The notes: a model not told the origin generated them from the letters alone. A stretch of DNA of 64,000 bases from Verrucomicrobiia bacterium (GCA_963664225.1 OY760937.1:544001-608000); one strand, 5' to 3'. Numbered from the stretch's first letter, positions 1 through 10,160 are shown. Numbers and translations: made by a program.

Positions 1-1102
1 TCCCATGCCCGATTATTGGATTGGACCCAGCGGTCCGGACCAGTGGAGCTGGCTGGAGGTGTATCCACAGCACGTTTTCAAAAACAGCCGCGGCGAAGCG
101 GAGCAAATGAGCGTGGGGGTTGGGCAAAACGCGCTTCCCGCAACACCCGGTCCCGCGCCAATGAGCGCCAAGAAAGGTGCCATGGGGCGGAGCTGGCACG
201 ATGGCAGGAGGGACACGCGTCCCGGCGCGGTGAATCTGGGACTGAATTTTGACGAGCAATGGCGGCGAGCGCTGGAGGTGAATCCGCAGTTTCTATTTGT
301 GACCGGATGGAACGAATGGATTGCGGGGCGTTATTCCGAATGGAGCAAATACACGGACGCGGACTGCGAGTTTCCGGGCGGGGTTTTCGTCGATGAATAC
401 ACACAGGAATACAGCCGGGATTGCGAACCAATGCGCGGAGGCCATGGCGATAACTATTATTATCAGCTTGCGAATTGGATTCGACGCTACAAAGGGGTGA
501 GGGAAAGACCCAAGGCGGATGGACCCATCCAGATTGTCGTGGACGGCGCATTCGACGACTGGACAACGGTGAAGCCCGAGTTCCGGGACACGATTGGGGA
601 TACCAGCCATCGGCATCATCAGGGCTATGGTGGCCAGTGGTATGACAACAAGACCGGGCGTAACGATTTCGTGATCTGCAAGGCGGCTTACGACGAGACG
701 AATATTTGTTTCTTCGCCCAGACGCTCAATAAAATCACCCCCAGGACCGATCCGCACTGGATGCTCTTGTATATCGATGCGGACCAGAATTCAAAAACCG
801 GTTGGGAAGGGTATGATTATTTGATCAACCTCGAGGTCCTGAGCGATACCGAAACCACGGTCAAGGCGTGGCGCGGCAATGCATGGCAGACCGTCGGTAA
901 GGCAGACTACCGCGTGAATGGTAACGGAATGGAAATCAGCATTCCCCGATCTTTGCTGGGCCTAAAATCGAAAAAAACGGCCTTCGACTTTCATTGGGCC
1001 GATAACATTCAGGATTTGAAGGATATCTCCGAATTTGGTGTCAACGGGGATAGCGCGCCGAACCGCCGTTGGAATTATCGGTTCGAGGTGGCGGGGGAAT
1101 AG
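1..1102 (+). CDS. 5'-truncated glycoside hydrolase-like protein (GH99/GH71-like barrel C-terminus plus DOMON/CBM9-like beta-sandwich)
   Basis: Frame is open from the window edge; FVTGWNEW and EYSRDCEP motifs typical of GH99-like barrels; C-terminal VDGAFDDW...LLYIDADQN..TGW..MEISIP module. Confidence 0.55.
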   Translation, partial: PMPDYWIGPSGPDQWSWLEVYPQHVFKNSRGEAEQMSVGVGQNALPATPGPAPMSAKKGAMGRSWHDGRRDTRPGAVNLGLNFDEQWRRALEVNPQFLFVTGWNEWIAGRYSEWSKYTDADCEFPGGVFVDEYTQEYSRDCEPMRGGHGDNYYYQLANWIRRYKGVRERPKADGPIQIVVDGAFDDWTTVKPEFRDTIGDTSHRHHQGYGGQWYDNKTGRNDFVICKAAYDETNICFFAQTLNKITPRTDPHWMLLYIDADQNSKTGWEGYDYLINLEVLSDTETTVKAWRGNAWQTVGKADYRVNGNGMEISIPRSLLGLKSKKTAFDFHWADNIQDLKDISEFGVNGDSAPNRRWNYRFEVAGE

Positions 1103-1127
1103 ACAACTTGAGATCGGCAATTACGAT

Positions 1128-2072
1128 CTACCACAGAACGCAGATGAGGATCGTCTCCACGATGGACATGGCCACCGTGAAGGCGACTGCACGCTGGAGG
1201 ATTTGATTGAGCAGGCTTAACTGCACCTCGATCTGAAGGGTCGCTTTCTCCACAATCTTGGCCAGGCATTGGTCGAGTTTTCCGCTGATGGCTCCCGTGT
1301 TGATCAGCGCCTTGATGTCGTCCTCCAGCAGCGCCGACGTTTCGAAAGCGTCTCCGAACGTGCCGTTTTGTTCCATGATTCGGCGGGCTTTCAGCAAATC
1401 ATGGCGAATCGCGTCATTGCGAACGGTCCGCAATGCCAGGTCGAACATGACAGTGACATCCAAGCCCCCAGCCTCGTATGCCAGCCGGAACGTGGAAAAA
1501 AACAAAACGACCGCCATGCGAATCTCGGTCTCGCGGATGAGGGGGATCTGTAAAAGGACGCGATCTACCACGCGTTTCACGGGTCGAAACTTGAACAGAA
1601 TCCACGCCAGCAGGCCGAGTTCCAGGACAACGCAAACCACGGTAGTGAAGAAATGCCATGCCACCTCGTATCTTCCGAAATAGACGAAAACGCCGCACCG
1701 GATGGTCCAGCCAAAAACGGTAATGATCAGCGGATAAAGCCAGGTGTTGCGCACCAGTTTCGCAGAGGGTTCCGTGCGGTGGCAGTGACGGTCCAGTAAT
1801 TGAAAGGCTTCCACCAACCGTCCGCCCGTTTCTCCTGCGCGAATCACCGGGAGAAAGTAATATGGGAAAATCCTCGCTCCGGGCTCGAGAGCGTCGGATA
1901 TCGCCATTCCCTGATCGCACCGGTCCATGGCTGCTCGAATCACCTCTCGAAGGGCTTTGGATTGCGTTCCCGCCCCGCTCAATTCCAGCGACTTCTTCGG
2001 CGTCATCCCCGATGCCAGGCAGGTCGCCATCGAGTTTGCAAAGATCCGCAAGGTTTGGAGATTGATTTTCAA
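1128..2072 (-). CDS. Type II secretion system F / PilC family inner-membrane platform protein (orphan paralog)
   Basis: Two T2SSF-like repeats (RAGETGGRL, TGAISGKLD), LYP motif followed by TM helices. Confidence 0.8.
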   Translation of the reverse strand: MKINLQTLRIFANSMATCLASGMTPKKSLELSGAGTQSKALREVIRAAMDRCDQGMAISDALEPGARIFPYYFLPVIRAGETGGRLVEAFQLLDRHCHRTEPSAKLVRNTWLYPLIITVFGWTIRCGVFVYFGRYEVAWHFFTTVVCVVLELGLLAWILFKFRPVKRVVDRVLLQIPLIRETEIRMAVVLFFSTFRLAYEAGGLDVTVMFDLALRTVRNDAIRHDLLKARRIMEQNGTFGDAFETSALLEDDIKALINTGAISGKLDQCLAKIVEKATLQIEVQLSLLNQILQRAVAFTVAMSIVETILICVLW

Positions 2073-2329
2073 ATTGGGTGATTTACAGGGTCAATGGTGA
2101 ACTTTCATACAATTCTTCGGACAGTCCTGCAATTAAATCATCGCGCCCAGTTGCGGCGCGAGCATCCGACGAGGCGATAAGGAGAAGAGGGATTCGGCAA
2201 TCAACCTCAGGCACAAAGTCACAGTTGGGGAAGGGCGGTGAGAAACATCCATTTTTGACATGGTATTTGAGCTTGCGATATGAGTTCGCAGACGCCAATT
2301 TGTACGCGGATTGGCATTTGAAGGACGGC

Positions 2330-2809
2330 ATGACTATGATTTTGGATGAGAAACAACGTTTGCAGGTGGCCCAATGGATTCAGGAAGGTTTGAAACTTTC
2401 TGAAATTCAAAAACGCCTCGACAAAGAGATGGGTGTTCGGATGACCTATGTGGAGGTCCGATGCCTCATGGATGATTTGAAATTAAAGCCCGTGGACCCG
2501 GTAGTGCCCGCCAAACCTCCTGAAGCCGCCGCGCCCGCAACCCCCGAGGCCGCTCTGCCGACACCCGCGAAGGATGAAGCCGCACCTGCGACAGGAAAGT
2601 TCTCGCTGGAGCTGGATACGATCCCGCATCCCGGCACAGTGGTCAGTGGCAAGGCGACTTTCAGCGACGGAATGACGGCGACATGGTATTTGGACCAGTC
2701 GGGTCGGCTTGGCATGTCCCCATCGGTCAAGGGGTATCGTCCTTCTGCAGGAGATGTGCAGCAATTTCAGGCCGCCCTTGAGGAGGCCCTGACCAAGAGC
2801 GGAATTTAA
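2330..2809 (+). CDS. Hypothetical protein with N-terminal helical/HTH-like part, Pro/Ala linker and C-terminal beta domain
   Basis: ATG at 2330 after AAGGA within ORF 2078-2809; the upstream extension does not look protein-like. Confidence 0.7.
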   Translation: MTMILDEKQRLQVAQWIQEGLKLSEIQKRLDKEMGVRMTYVEVRCLMDDLKLKPVDPVVPAKPPEAAAPATPEAALPTPAKDEAAPATGKFSLELDTIPHPGTVVSGKATFSDGMTATWYLDQSGRLGMSPSVKGYRPSAGDVQQFQAALEEALTKSGI

Positions 2810-2829
2810 GCTGGAGACGGTGACGGTTG

Positions 2830-3519
2830 ATGAAAGCCTCGCAAACATCCGGGTTTCCGGCATCCGGTTCTTTATTGGGGGGTGACGCTTCCTTATTGCT
2901 GCGGCAGATTGCGGCCGATGAGACATTGCCAGAATTGGGAATGGCCGCCTCTGCCTTTCGAGGACGCGAGATCAAAACAATCGAAGATTTGCGAAGGCAC
3001 TCTCTTGAGTATCAAACCCAGGTTTTGCACGAAATCGATTTTCCGGTGGTGATCCGCGCCTGGCAGTATGCTTCGCACTGTGGCTCGCGGGAACTGGTAA
3101 TGCTCGATCAGGAACTGTCCAGCCATCCATCCCTTCAGGAATTCGCCTCTGCCAGCCAGCGCATCGGGCGGATACATCTCAAGCGCTTGCGGCCTTTGCG
3201 TGATCACCGCGTGGTGCAACGTTACCTGGCCGCGATTGAGCGGGGTGAGTCCAAGGGCTGGCACATGATTGTGTATGGCCTGATTCTGTCTGTGTATTCC
3301 ATTCCGCTGCGGCAGGGGTTGATGCATTACGGGTGCGCAAGCATCCGCGGTTTGTTGGGTGCGGGAGCCAGTAACTGCCAGTGCACGGAGACCGCACTGC
3401 TCGGATTGGACCAAGAGGGAAGTTTGCGCCTGCCAGGGGTGATCCGACACGCGATCGCATCCAGCGGGGCCGAAGGGATGTTTTCTTCTTTGCAAATGGC
3501 CAAAACAGTCGGTTCGTGA
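2830..3519 (+). CDS. UreF-like (urease accessory family) protein
   Basis: Helical pattern LDQEL...ASASQRIG...GWHMIVYG resembles the UreF core; start 2827/2830 uncertain. Confidence 0.55.
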   Translation: MKASQTSGFPASGSLLGGDASLLLRQIAADETLPELGMAASAFRGREIKTIEDLRRHSLEYQTQVLHEIDFPVVIRAWQYASHCGSRELVMLDQELSSHPSLQEFASASQRIGRIHLKRLRPLRDHRVVQRYLAAIERGESKGWHMIVYGLILSVYSIPLRQGLMHYGCASIRGLLGAGASNCQCTETALLGLDQEGSLRLPGVIRHAIASSGAEGMFSSLQMAKTVGS

Positions 3520-3657
3520 ACGGGTCAATTCGCTGATTTTGCTTGCGAAAATCGTGGTGCGTCATTCAGGATGCGCTTCAAGCATTTGGAACCTATCTGG
3601 AAATGAGCATGGGTTTGATTATTTGGCCGGGTTCCAGCTCGAAAACAAAATTGGGTC

Positions 3658-4503
3658 ATGAAACAGTATGCCACGATTACGGTGATCGGACGCGATAAAA
3701 CCGGTGTTGTCGCCCGCGTCACCAGCCATTTATTCGCCGAGAAGGCGAACATCGAAGCCCTGGAGGAACAGGTCACACGCGGTCAATTCAGCATGACGCT
3801 GCAAGCTTCCTGGAAGAAAAGCCAGTTCAATGAAGCGGAGGTGAAGGCCGACCTTGCAGTGTTGGCCCGGGAATTGGGCATGGAGGTCAAGCTGCGCTGC
3901 TACGATCCGAACCGCAAACAGCGGGCGGCCATTTTTGTCACAAAGGAGACGCATTGTTTCGAGGGACTCATGGCGGCCTTTAAGAGCAGGCAATTCAAGG
4001 CGGAACCGGCATTGGTGTTGTCCAACCGCAACGATCTGGAACCGTTGGCGCGCCGTTACGGGATTCCATTTAAATGCATTCCTGCGGCAGACCGGCTCGA
4101 GGCGGAGCGGTTGGCATTGGAGGAATTGGAGCGGCAGGAGATCGATTTTGTAGTGCTCGCTCGGTTCATGAAGATTCTGTCCCCCAATTTCGTCTGGCGT
4201 TACAAAAATAAAATCATCAACATTCATCCCTCGCTTTTGCCAAGTTTTCCGGGCGCCCAGGCCTATCGTCAGGCCTATGAACGGGGGGTTAAAATCATCG
4301 GCGTCACAGCTCATTTTGTGACCATGCACTTGGACGAAGGGCCGATCATTGCCCAAGACAGTTTTCATGTGCTGCCCAATATGACGCTCAAGGACATCGT
4401 GGCCAGGGGACAGGCCATTGAGACGCGGGTGTTGGTCAAGGCGGTCCAGTTGTTTTTGTCCAAGAAATTGGATGTCTACTGGGGTGTTGTAAAACAGGTA
4501 TAG
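3658..4503 (+). CDS. purU: Formyltetrahydrofolate deformylase
   Basis: N-terminal ACT domain (GRDKTGVVA), LARFMKILS, IINIHPSLLPSFPGA, RGVKIIGVTAHFV, LDEGPII. Confidence 0.95.
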   Translation: MKQYATITVIGRDKTGVVARVTSHLFAEKANIEALEEQVTRGQFSMTLQASWKKSQFNEAEVKADLAVLARELGMEVKLRCYDPNRKQRAAIFVTKETHCFEGLMAAFKSRQFKAEPALVLSNRNDLEPLARRYGIPFKCIPAADRLEAERLALEELERQEIDFVVLARFMKILSPNFVWRYKNKIINIHPSLLPSFPGAQAYRQAYERGVKIIGVTAHFVTMHLDEGPIIAQDSFHVLPNMTLKDIVARGQAIETRVLVKAVQLFLSKKLDVYWGVVKQV

Positions 4504-4601
4504 AATAACAAGGCTGGATTTGCCGGTTTGCACGCGGACCAGTATTCGAAATCCGGCATTCAGAAACCAAAGACGCAAGTAATCATTTGGTGGCAAAACT
4601 T

Positions 4602-5567
4602 ATGGGCCGGATATTTTCGCAAATCACCCAGGCTGTCGGACGCACTCCGCTGGTGCTTTTGAACCGCATTTCAAAAGATCTTCCCGCCACCATTGCCATC
4701 AAATGCGAATTCTACAACCCGGCCTCTTCAGTCAAGGACCGCATCGGCATTGCCATGATCGAGGCGGGGGAGCGGGCCGGTAAAATTGGACCAGCGACGA
4801 CCATCATCGAACCCACCTCGGGGAATACAGGGATCGCCCTGGCATTTGTCTGCGCGGCCAAAGGATATCCATTGATATTGACGATGCCTGAAACGATGAG
4901 CGTGGAGCGGCGGACCTTGCTGGCCTTGCTGGGGGCGCATGTGGTGTTGACACCGGGCAGTGAGGGAATGAGGGGGGCCATCCGGCGGGCTGAAGAGATG
5001 GCGTTGGAGTTAAAGGACACGTTTTTGCCGCAGCAGTTTAGTAATCCGGCCAATCCCCGCGCGCATTTCGAGACCACCGGACCTGAAATCTGGGATGATA
5101 CGGAGGGCAAGGTGGATGTTTTTGTCACGGGTGTCGGCACAGGGGGAACAATTTCGGGCGTATCCGGTTTCCTGAAAACCCAGAAGCCGGAAGTTCGCGT
5201 GATTGCCGTGGAACCGTTGAATTCGCCGGTCATATCACAGAAATTGGCTGGCCAACCGCTCAACCCCGGTCACCACCATATACAGGGCATTGGTGCGGGA
5301 TTCATACCCAATAACCTGAGCCTCGACGCCATTGACGATGTGGTGCGGGTGTCCGACGCGGATTCTTTTGCGATGGCGCGCCGTCTGGCGAAAGAGGAGG
5401 GGATACTGGCCGGTATCAGTTCGGGGGCGAATGTTTGGGCGGCGCTGCAAGTGGCGCAACGGTCGGAGAACCGTGGAAAACTGATTGTAACGATAGCGGC
5501 TTCGACCGGGGAACGCTACCTTTCCACTCCTTTGGCAGCGGAAGCCCGCGCCCAGGCGGGAGCCTGA
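4602..5567 (+). CDS. cysK: Cysteine synthase A (O-acetylserine sulfhydrylase)
   Basis: PLP lysine motif [38 protein letters not shown]. Confidence 0.95.
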   Translation: MGRIFSQITQAVGRTPLVLLNRISKDLPATIAIKCEFYNPASSVKDRIGIAMIEAGERAGKIGPATTIIEPTSGNTGIALAFVCAAKGYPLILTMPETMSVERRTLLALLGAHVVLTPGSEGMRGAIRRAEEMALELKDTFLPQQFSNPANPRAHFETTGPEIWDDTEGKVDVFVTGVGTGGTISGVSGFLKTQKPEVRVIAVEPLNSPVISQKLAGQPLNPGHHHIQGIGAGFIPNNLSLDAIDDVVRVSDADSFAMARRLAKEEGILAGISSGANVWAALQVAQRSENRGKLIVTIAASTGERYLSTPLAAEARAQAGA

Positions 5568-5594
5568 TTGGCTCCACTTTTTTTAAAATTCTTG

Positions 5595-5623
5595 TTGCCA
5601 CTAGCGGAATCACGCATTATTTT
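5595..5623 (+). promoter_or_regulatory. Putative sigma70 promoter of rho
   Basis: TTGCCA (5595-5600), 17-bp spacer, TATTTT (5618-5623); implies a leader of about 210 nt. Confidence 0.45.
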
Positions 5624-5841
5624 GGTTTGAGTTAATCGGAATGGGGTAAGTTTGCCGTGCAGAAATGCAGCGATTTTTAGGCAAATGTGACGCAGCCCCC
5701 TTGGTTGAGGACAAGGTTCAACTGGCGGCCGCCAATTTTTATTGGCTTCCAAGTTTCAGTCCGCGGTTTCCCTGATTCAAAATTCTCGGTCATTTGGGAT
5801 TTTTCTTTAAAACCCGAATGCGTCAACACAGACAGAATTCT

Positions 5842-6966
5842 ATGAGTAAAACGACAATGGTTGTACCCGAGTATGGTTCGGGCTTCCTGGAAATTTCAGA
5901 TAAAGGCTTTGGGTTTCTTCGCTCTGCGGAAAGCCATTTTCAACCCAAGCCCACGGATATTTTTGTAACGCCTGATACCATCAAGCGAAGCTTCCTTCGC
6001 GAAGGCTGCCTGATTGCCGGGGCTCTGCAGCCCCCTCATCGTGGAACCAGCCCTCAGCTCAAGGAAGTGGATAAGGTCAATAATCTGCCTTTCTCCTCCT
6101 ACACGAAAGCTTTGCGGTTTGAAAATTTGACCACAATCGATCCCATTGAGAAGTATAATCTGGAGACGACGTCCGATCAGATTGAAACCCGCATCATTGA
6201 CCTCGTCACCCCGATTGGCAAAGGCACACGCGGATTGATTGTCGCGCCACCGAGAACCGGCAAGACGACGATTCTCAAGCAGATTGCCAACGCCATTACG
6301 ACCAATCATCCCGAGGTGTTCGTCATGGTGCTGCTCATCGACGAGCGACCGGAGGAAGTGACTGATTTTCAGCGTTCAGTGAAGGCGGAAGTGGTCGCTT
6401 CGTCCAACGATCAAGATCTCGAAACGCATGTCCGGTTGTCCCGGTTCATGATCGAGCGCTGCCGGCGCATGGTCGAGTCAGGTCAGGATGTGTTCGTACT
6501 GCTGGACTCGCTGACCCGTGTGGCCCGTGCCTATAACAGCGTGCATGGCGGCAGCGGACGCACCATGACTGGCGGCGTGGATGCCCGCGCATTGGAAATT
6601 CCCCGCAAGATGTTTGCTTCCGCCCGCAAGATCGAAGGCGGTGGTTCCCTCACAATTCTGGCGACCGCGCTGGTTGAAACGGGATCCCGCATGGACGAGC
6701 TGATCTTTCAGGAATTCAAGGGCACTGGTAACATGGAATTGATTCTGGATCGCAAGCTCTCGGATCGCCGTTTATTCCCGGCCATTGACATTCCCCGCAG
6801 CGGCACCCGCAAGGAGGAAAAACTTTTCCCCGCCCGGCACATCGAGGCGGTGCGCAAGTTGCGCCGCATGATGGTCGATCTCAATCCGATCGAGGCAATG
6901 GAAACATTGATTGGCGCCTTGAAAAAGCACAAAACCAACGAGGAATTGCTCGCCAAGTTGCTATAA
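5842..6966 (+). CDS. rho: Transcription termination factor Rho, short form lacking the N-terminal helical bundle
   Basis: GFGFLRS cold-shock motif, APPRTGKT Walker A, LIDERPEEVTD, LLDSLTR, EFKGTGNMEL, SGTRKEE; start ATG 5842 (5818 possible). Confidence 0.93.
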   Translation: MSKTTMVVPEYGSGFLEISDKGFGFLRSAESHFQPKPTDIFVTPDTIKRSFLREGCLIAGALQPPHRGTSPQLKEVDKVNNLPFSSYTKALRFENLTTIDPIEKYNLETTSDQIETRIIDLVTPIGKGTRGLIVAPPRTGKTTILKQIANAITTNHPEVFVMVLLIDERPEEVTDFQRSVKAEVVASSNDQDLETHVRLSRFMIERCRRMVESGQDVFVLLDSLTRVARAYNSVHGGSGRTMTGGVDARALEIPRKMFASARKIEGGGSLTILATALVETGSRMDELIFQEFKGTGNMELILDRKLSDRRLFPAIDIPRSGTRKEEKLFPARHIEAVRKLRRMMVDLNPIEAMETLIGALKKHKTNEELLAKLL

Positions 6967-7041
6967 GCTTTTGGGCGGTAATTTGGTCGCCCGCATCATG
7001 TTGTCTGCGGTTGTCATTTTCAACGCGCCGTTTTTTCAAAA

Positions 7042-8046
7042 GTGAAATCACGGCGCGTTGCTTCATCCAAGGAGAAGTTTTCCCGTCCGCCACTGGAGCG
7101 GATGCTTAAGATTCATCGGGCGATTCAGTCCGGGACCTATCCCAACGCGACAAAGTTGGCGCGCGAAATGGAGGTCAGTACCAAATCCATTCATCGGGAT
7201 CTGGAATTCATGCGCGACCGTCTGGAATTGCCTCTGGAGTATGACGGCGCCAGGTTCGGATATTATTACACCCAGGAAGTCACCTCCTTTCCCTCTCTCC
7301 AAATCACGGAAGGGGAGCTCTTCGCCTTGATGGTTGCCGAAAAGGCATTGCAGCAATACCGGGGAACGCATTTTGAAAAACCTTTGTTTAGCGCGTTTCA
7401 AAAAATGGCCAAAGCGCTCCCGGACGCCATCTCCGTGAACCTTGCAGAATGGGACCATTCCATCTCATTTCGCACAAGCGCCGAGCCGATCCTCAACCTT
7501 GAAATATTCAACACCCTTTCCCGCGCCACGACCCGTCGCCAGCAATTAAAACTGGAGTATCGAAAACCCGGTTCCAAACTGTCCGAGACCCGCCTGGTCG
7601 ATCCCTGCCATCTGGCCAATATCAATGGAGATTGGTTCTTATTTGCCTACTGTCATCTGCGTCAGGATATCCGCACATTTGTTCCCGCGCGTATTCTTCA
7701 TGCTGAAATGACAAATAAGACGTTTGACCGGCCCCGCCATTTTTCACTGGCGAAACGGTTGCGGGACAGCTTCGGTGTTCATTCCGGTCATGGCGAGTAT
7801 CAGGTTGTCATTGCCTTCAACGAATTGGTGGCGGATTACATTCGCGAAAAGAAATGGCATCCCTCGCAGAAATTGCGCGAGCTGCCTGATGGCGGCCTGG
7901 AATTGACACTGACTCTCTCGAGCCTGGTGGAGATTCAGCGATGGGTGCTGGGCTGGGGTGGCAACGCCGTGGTCAAGGCCCCCGCTGAATTGGCCGCCTC
8001 CATTAAAGAGGCGGCCCGCAAGATTTTGGAGTATACAACGGGTTAA
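7042..8046 (+). CDS. HTH-WYL-WCX transcriptional regulator (YafY/PafBC family)
   Basis: wHTH (LAREMEVSTKSIHRDLEFMR), WYL (RLVDP..L....WFL.AYC..RQDIRTF...RI), WCX (WVLGWG..AVVKAP). Confidence 0.92.
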   Translation: MKSRRVASSKEKFSRPPLERMLKIHRAIQSGTYPNATKLAREMEVSTKSIHRDLEFMRDRLELPLEYDGARFGYYYTQEVTSFPSLQITEGELFALMVAEKALQQYRGTHFEKPLFSAFQKMAKALPDAISVNLAEWDHSISFRTSAEPILNLEIFNTLSRATTRRQQLKLEYRKPGSKLSETRLVDPCHLANINGDWFLFAYCHLRQDIRTFVPARILHAEMTNKTFDRPRHFSLAKRLRDSFGVHSGHGEYQVVIAFNELVADYIREKKWHPSQKLRELPDGGLELTLTLSSLVEIQRWVLGWGGNAVVKAPAELAASIKEAARKILEYTTG

Positions 8047-10160
8047 CGATCGCTATTTCGGAGCGATTTTCGGACGCCAACCTCGCTCATATCAATCTGC
8101 TTAAAACCCATTTTCAGTACGGGCGAATTGGGACGCAGACGAAAGTCGTTCATGGCGGGGTTCACAAATAATGGATCCGCAATGATCGAATCTTTATCAA
8201 AGCCGCGCTTGCGCCAGTCCTCGAAACTGGCACCCGCGAATTTGATTTCCTGGGCGCCCGGGCGCGCGTCGAAATAGAGGTTGTGATCGATCTTGAAGTT
8301 TTCTCCAGTCCAATTGCTCCCCAGCAGATCGCCGGAATCGAAATAGACGATGTTATTGGTGAGCACAAAGGAGTTGTGGCTTTCCGCGCGGGTGCGCATC
8401 AACTGATGCTCCTTGCCCAAGGCAAAGATATTGTTTCGGACGATGTTGTCCTTGCCATAATGTTGATGAAATCCCGCGCTTTTGGTGCGATAGACAATAT
8501 TGTTTTCGATCAGGATCCCGGTGCTGCCTTCGTCAGGGTAAATGCCCCAGCCTCCGTAGGTGAACGCGCTGACATCATGGATCAAATTATTCCTCAGAAT
8601 CGTTCCCTTTTGCGGACCAAGGGTGTAAATGGATCCCATGTCGCTGAGCAGGTTTTTGCCAATATCGTGCAGGTGATTGAACTCGATAATGTTATCATGG
8701 CAAACCGTTTCCGTGTAACCCCAGGTCCAACCCACGGATATCGCCGTATAGTAAAGATCGTGGATGTGGTTGTGGGCAATCAAATTGTAGCCGCTTTGAA
8801 AAACCACGACACCGATCGCTGGTTTGAATACTTCGCCAAGGTGATGAATGTGATTGTCTGTGATCACATTGTGATTGTTTGCATCTCCGGTTTTTCCGCT
8901 ATCGCCCGGTTCGCCGATCCGAACGCCACCCGCTCCGATGTCAGAGATTTCATTGAAATCCACCTTGATTCGCTGGCAGCCATGGCCCAGCTCGATAGCG
9001 TAACCGGCCAGGTGTTTGAACTGGCACCGGGTGATACGGCAATCGACGGCATATTGCGCGACAAAATCTCCGTGAACGGCAAATGCCGCCTGCGTGTCCG
9101 CATATCCATTCTCCGGGAGCGTCCAATCCGTGTGCGCGAAGCACAGGCCGTCGAATATCACATCATGAACGGGACGATCACCCTTGGTGTCACCTTCCAG
9201 GCGAATCAATTTGGTTGCAGTGGGTGCAATGACTTCAGCTCGGGTCATGTTCTGGCCGGGTTTGGCCCAATACGTCAGCACGCCTGTTTTTCGGTCCAAA
9301 TACCATTCGCCGGGCATATCGAGCGCATCCGGGGCGTTTTCAATATAATACTGGGCGTTGCTTTCCTTGTTCGATTCACGGGGATCCCCTGAGAGCGTGG
9401 CTACATGGTTGGTCTCATCCACATTTCGGATCTGCATGCGCACATCCCCCCAGGCCAGATAAGCCACCACTTCCACGTCACCGTCGTCCGCCCATTCTTT
9501 TTTAATGTCGCCGGGCTTATAATGAATTTTTATGGGATGGTCCTGAGGGCTGTCTCCCTGGATGCGCAAGTAACCTGCATTTGGCGTGCGGGCACGGATT
9601 GCGCGTTGACCGTTTACAAACAGTTGATGGAAATACCAGGAACCATTCCGAACGGCCGGAATTTCCACCGCCCACAGGCCGGGTTGGCCGGGAACCGGTT
9701 TCCAACCGGAGATGATTTGTCCGGCGCTTAACACGGGGACTTCATCCTTGTAAGCGGCAATGCGCAAAGGTTGTTTTGCGCTCACACCCGAATCCTCCGG
9801 CGTTAATACCACGGGTTCCTCCAGGGGATAGAATCCTCCGCGCATCAGGATTTGGATCGGCCCTGTGACTTGTGATCCATCTGGACCGGCGCGCAACTGG
9901 CGGACCGTTTTTAATGCGCCCTGAAGCGTTGCCTTTGGGCCATCGTTTTCATCTCCCGAAGCCGTGGCGATATTGCCCGACCAGGTGTCATCTCCATCCG
10001 GGGCAACATACAAGGTGATGTCTTTGGCGCTGGCGTTCAACGCGCTCATGACCATGAGGATGGCTGCAGCCTTGAAAAACGGGCGGAATGCGGCGCGCCG
10101 CAATGTCGGAATCAGGGTGGAAACATGCATATTAAGGTTCGACGTGGATTTGCGCTTCAT
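8043..10160 (-). CDS. Secreted right-handed parallel beta-helix glycoside hydrolase (GH141-like)
   Basis: Signal peptide, YVAPDGDD, LFVNG.RA.RARTPN, LDMPGEWY, DMGSIYTLG, GIYPDEGS, beta-helix repeats. Confidence 0.8.
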   Translation of the reverse strand: MKRKSTSNLNMHVSTLIPTLRRAAFRPFFKAAAILMVMSALNASAKDITLYVAPDGDDTWSGNIATASGDENDGPKATLQGALKTVRQLRAGPDGSQVTGPIQILMRGGFYPLEEPVVLTPEDSGVSAKQPLRIAAYKDEVPVLSAGQIISGWKPVPGQPGLWAVEIPAVRNGSWYFHQLFVNGQRAIRARTPNAGYLRIQGDSPQDHPIKIHYKPGDIKKEWADDGDVEVVAYLAWGDVRMQIRNVDETNHVATLSGDPRESNKESNAQYYIENAPDALDMPGEWYLDRKTGVLTYWAKPGQNMTRAEVIAPTATKLIRLEGDTKGDRPVHDVIFDGLCFAHTDWTLPENGYADTQAAFAVHGDFVAQYAVDCRITRCQFKHLAGYAIELGHGCQRIKVDFNEISDIGAGGVRIGEPGDSGKTGDANNHNVITDNHIHHLGEVFKPAIGVVVFQSGYNLIAHNHIHDLYYTAISVGWTWGYTETVCHDNIIEFNHLHDIGKNLLSDMGSIYTLGPQKGTILRNNLIHDVSAFTYGGWGIYPDEGSTGILIENNIVYRTKSAGFHQHYGKDNIVRNNIFALGKEHQLMRTRAESHNSFVLTNNIVYFDSGDLLGSNWTGENFKIDHNLYFDARPGAQEIKFAGASFEDWRKRGFDKDSIIADPLFVNPAMNDFRLRPNSPVLKMGFKQIDMSEVGVRKSLRNSDR

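Noticed and set aside
2078..2329. N-terminal 84-aa extension of the hypothetical ORF
   Set aside because: It would leave only 5 bp between divergent genes and does not look protein-like; ATG 2330 has an RBS.
5651..5700. c-di-GMP-I riboswitch in the rho leader
   Set aside because: GGCAAA, GAAA and GACGCA words occur but not in the required order and stem context.
7042..8046. WYL gene as marker of an adjacent anti-phage defence island
   Set aside because: Neighbours are rho and a glycoside hydrolase; no nuclease, RM, BREX, CBASS or toxin genes are recognisable in the window.
8283..9392. Long antisense ORFs (e.g. 8283-9392, 23839-24804, 29186-30112, 41702-42637)
   Set aside because: They are shadows of well-supported genes in GC-rich DNA and carry no recognisable motifs.
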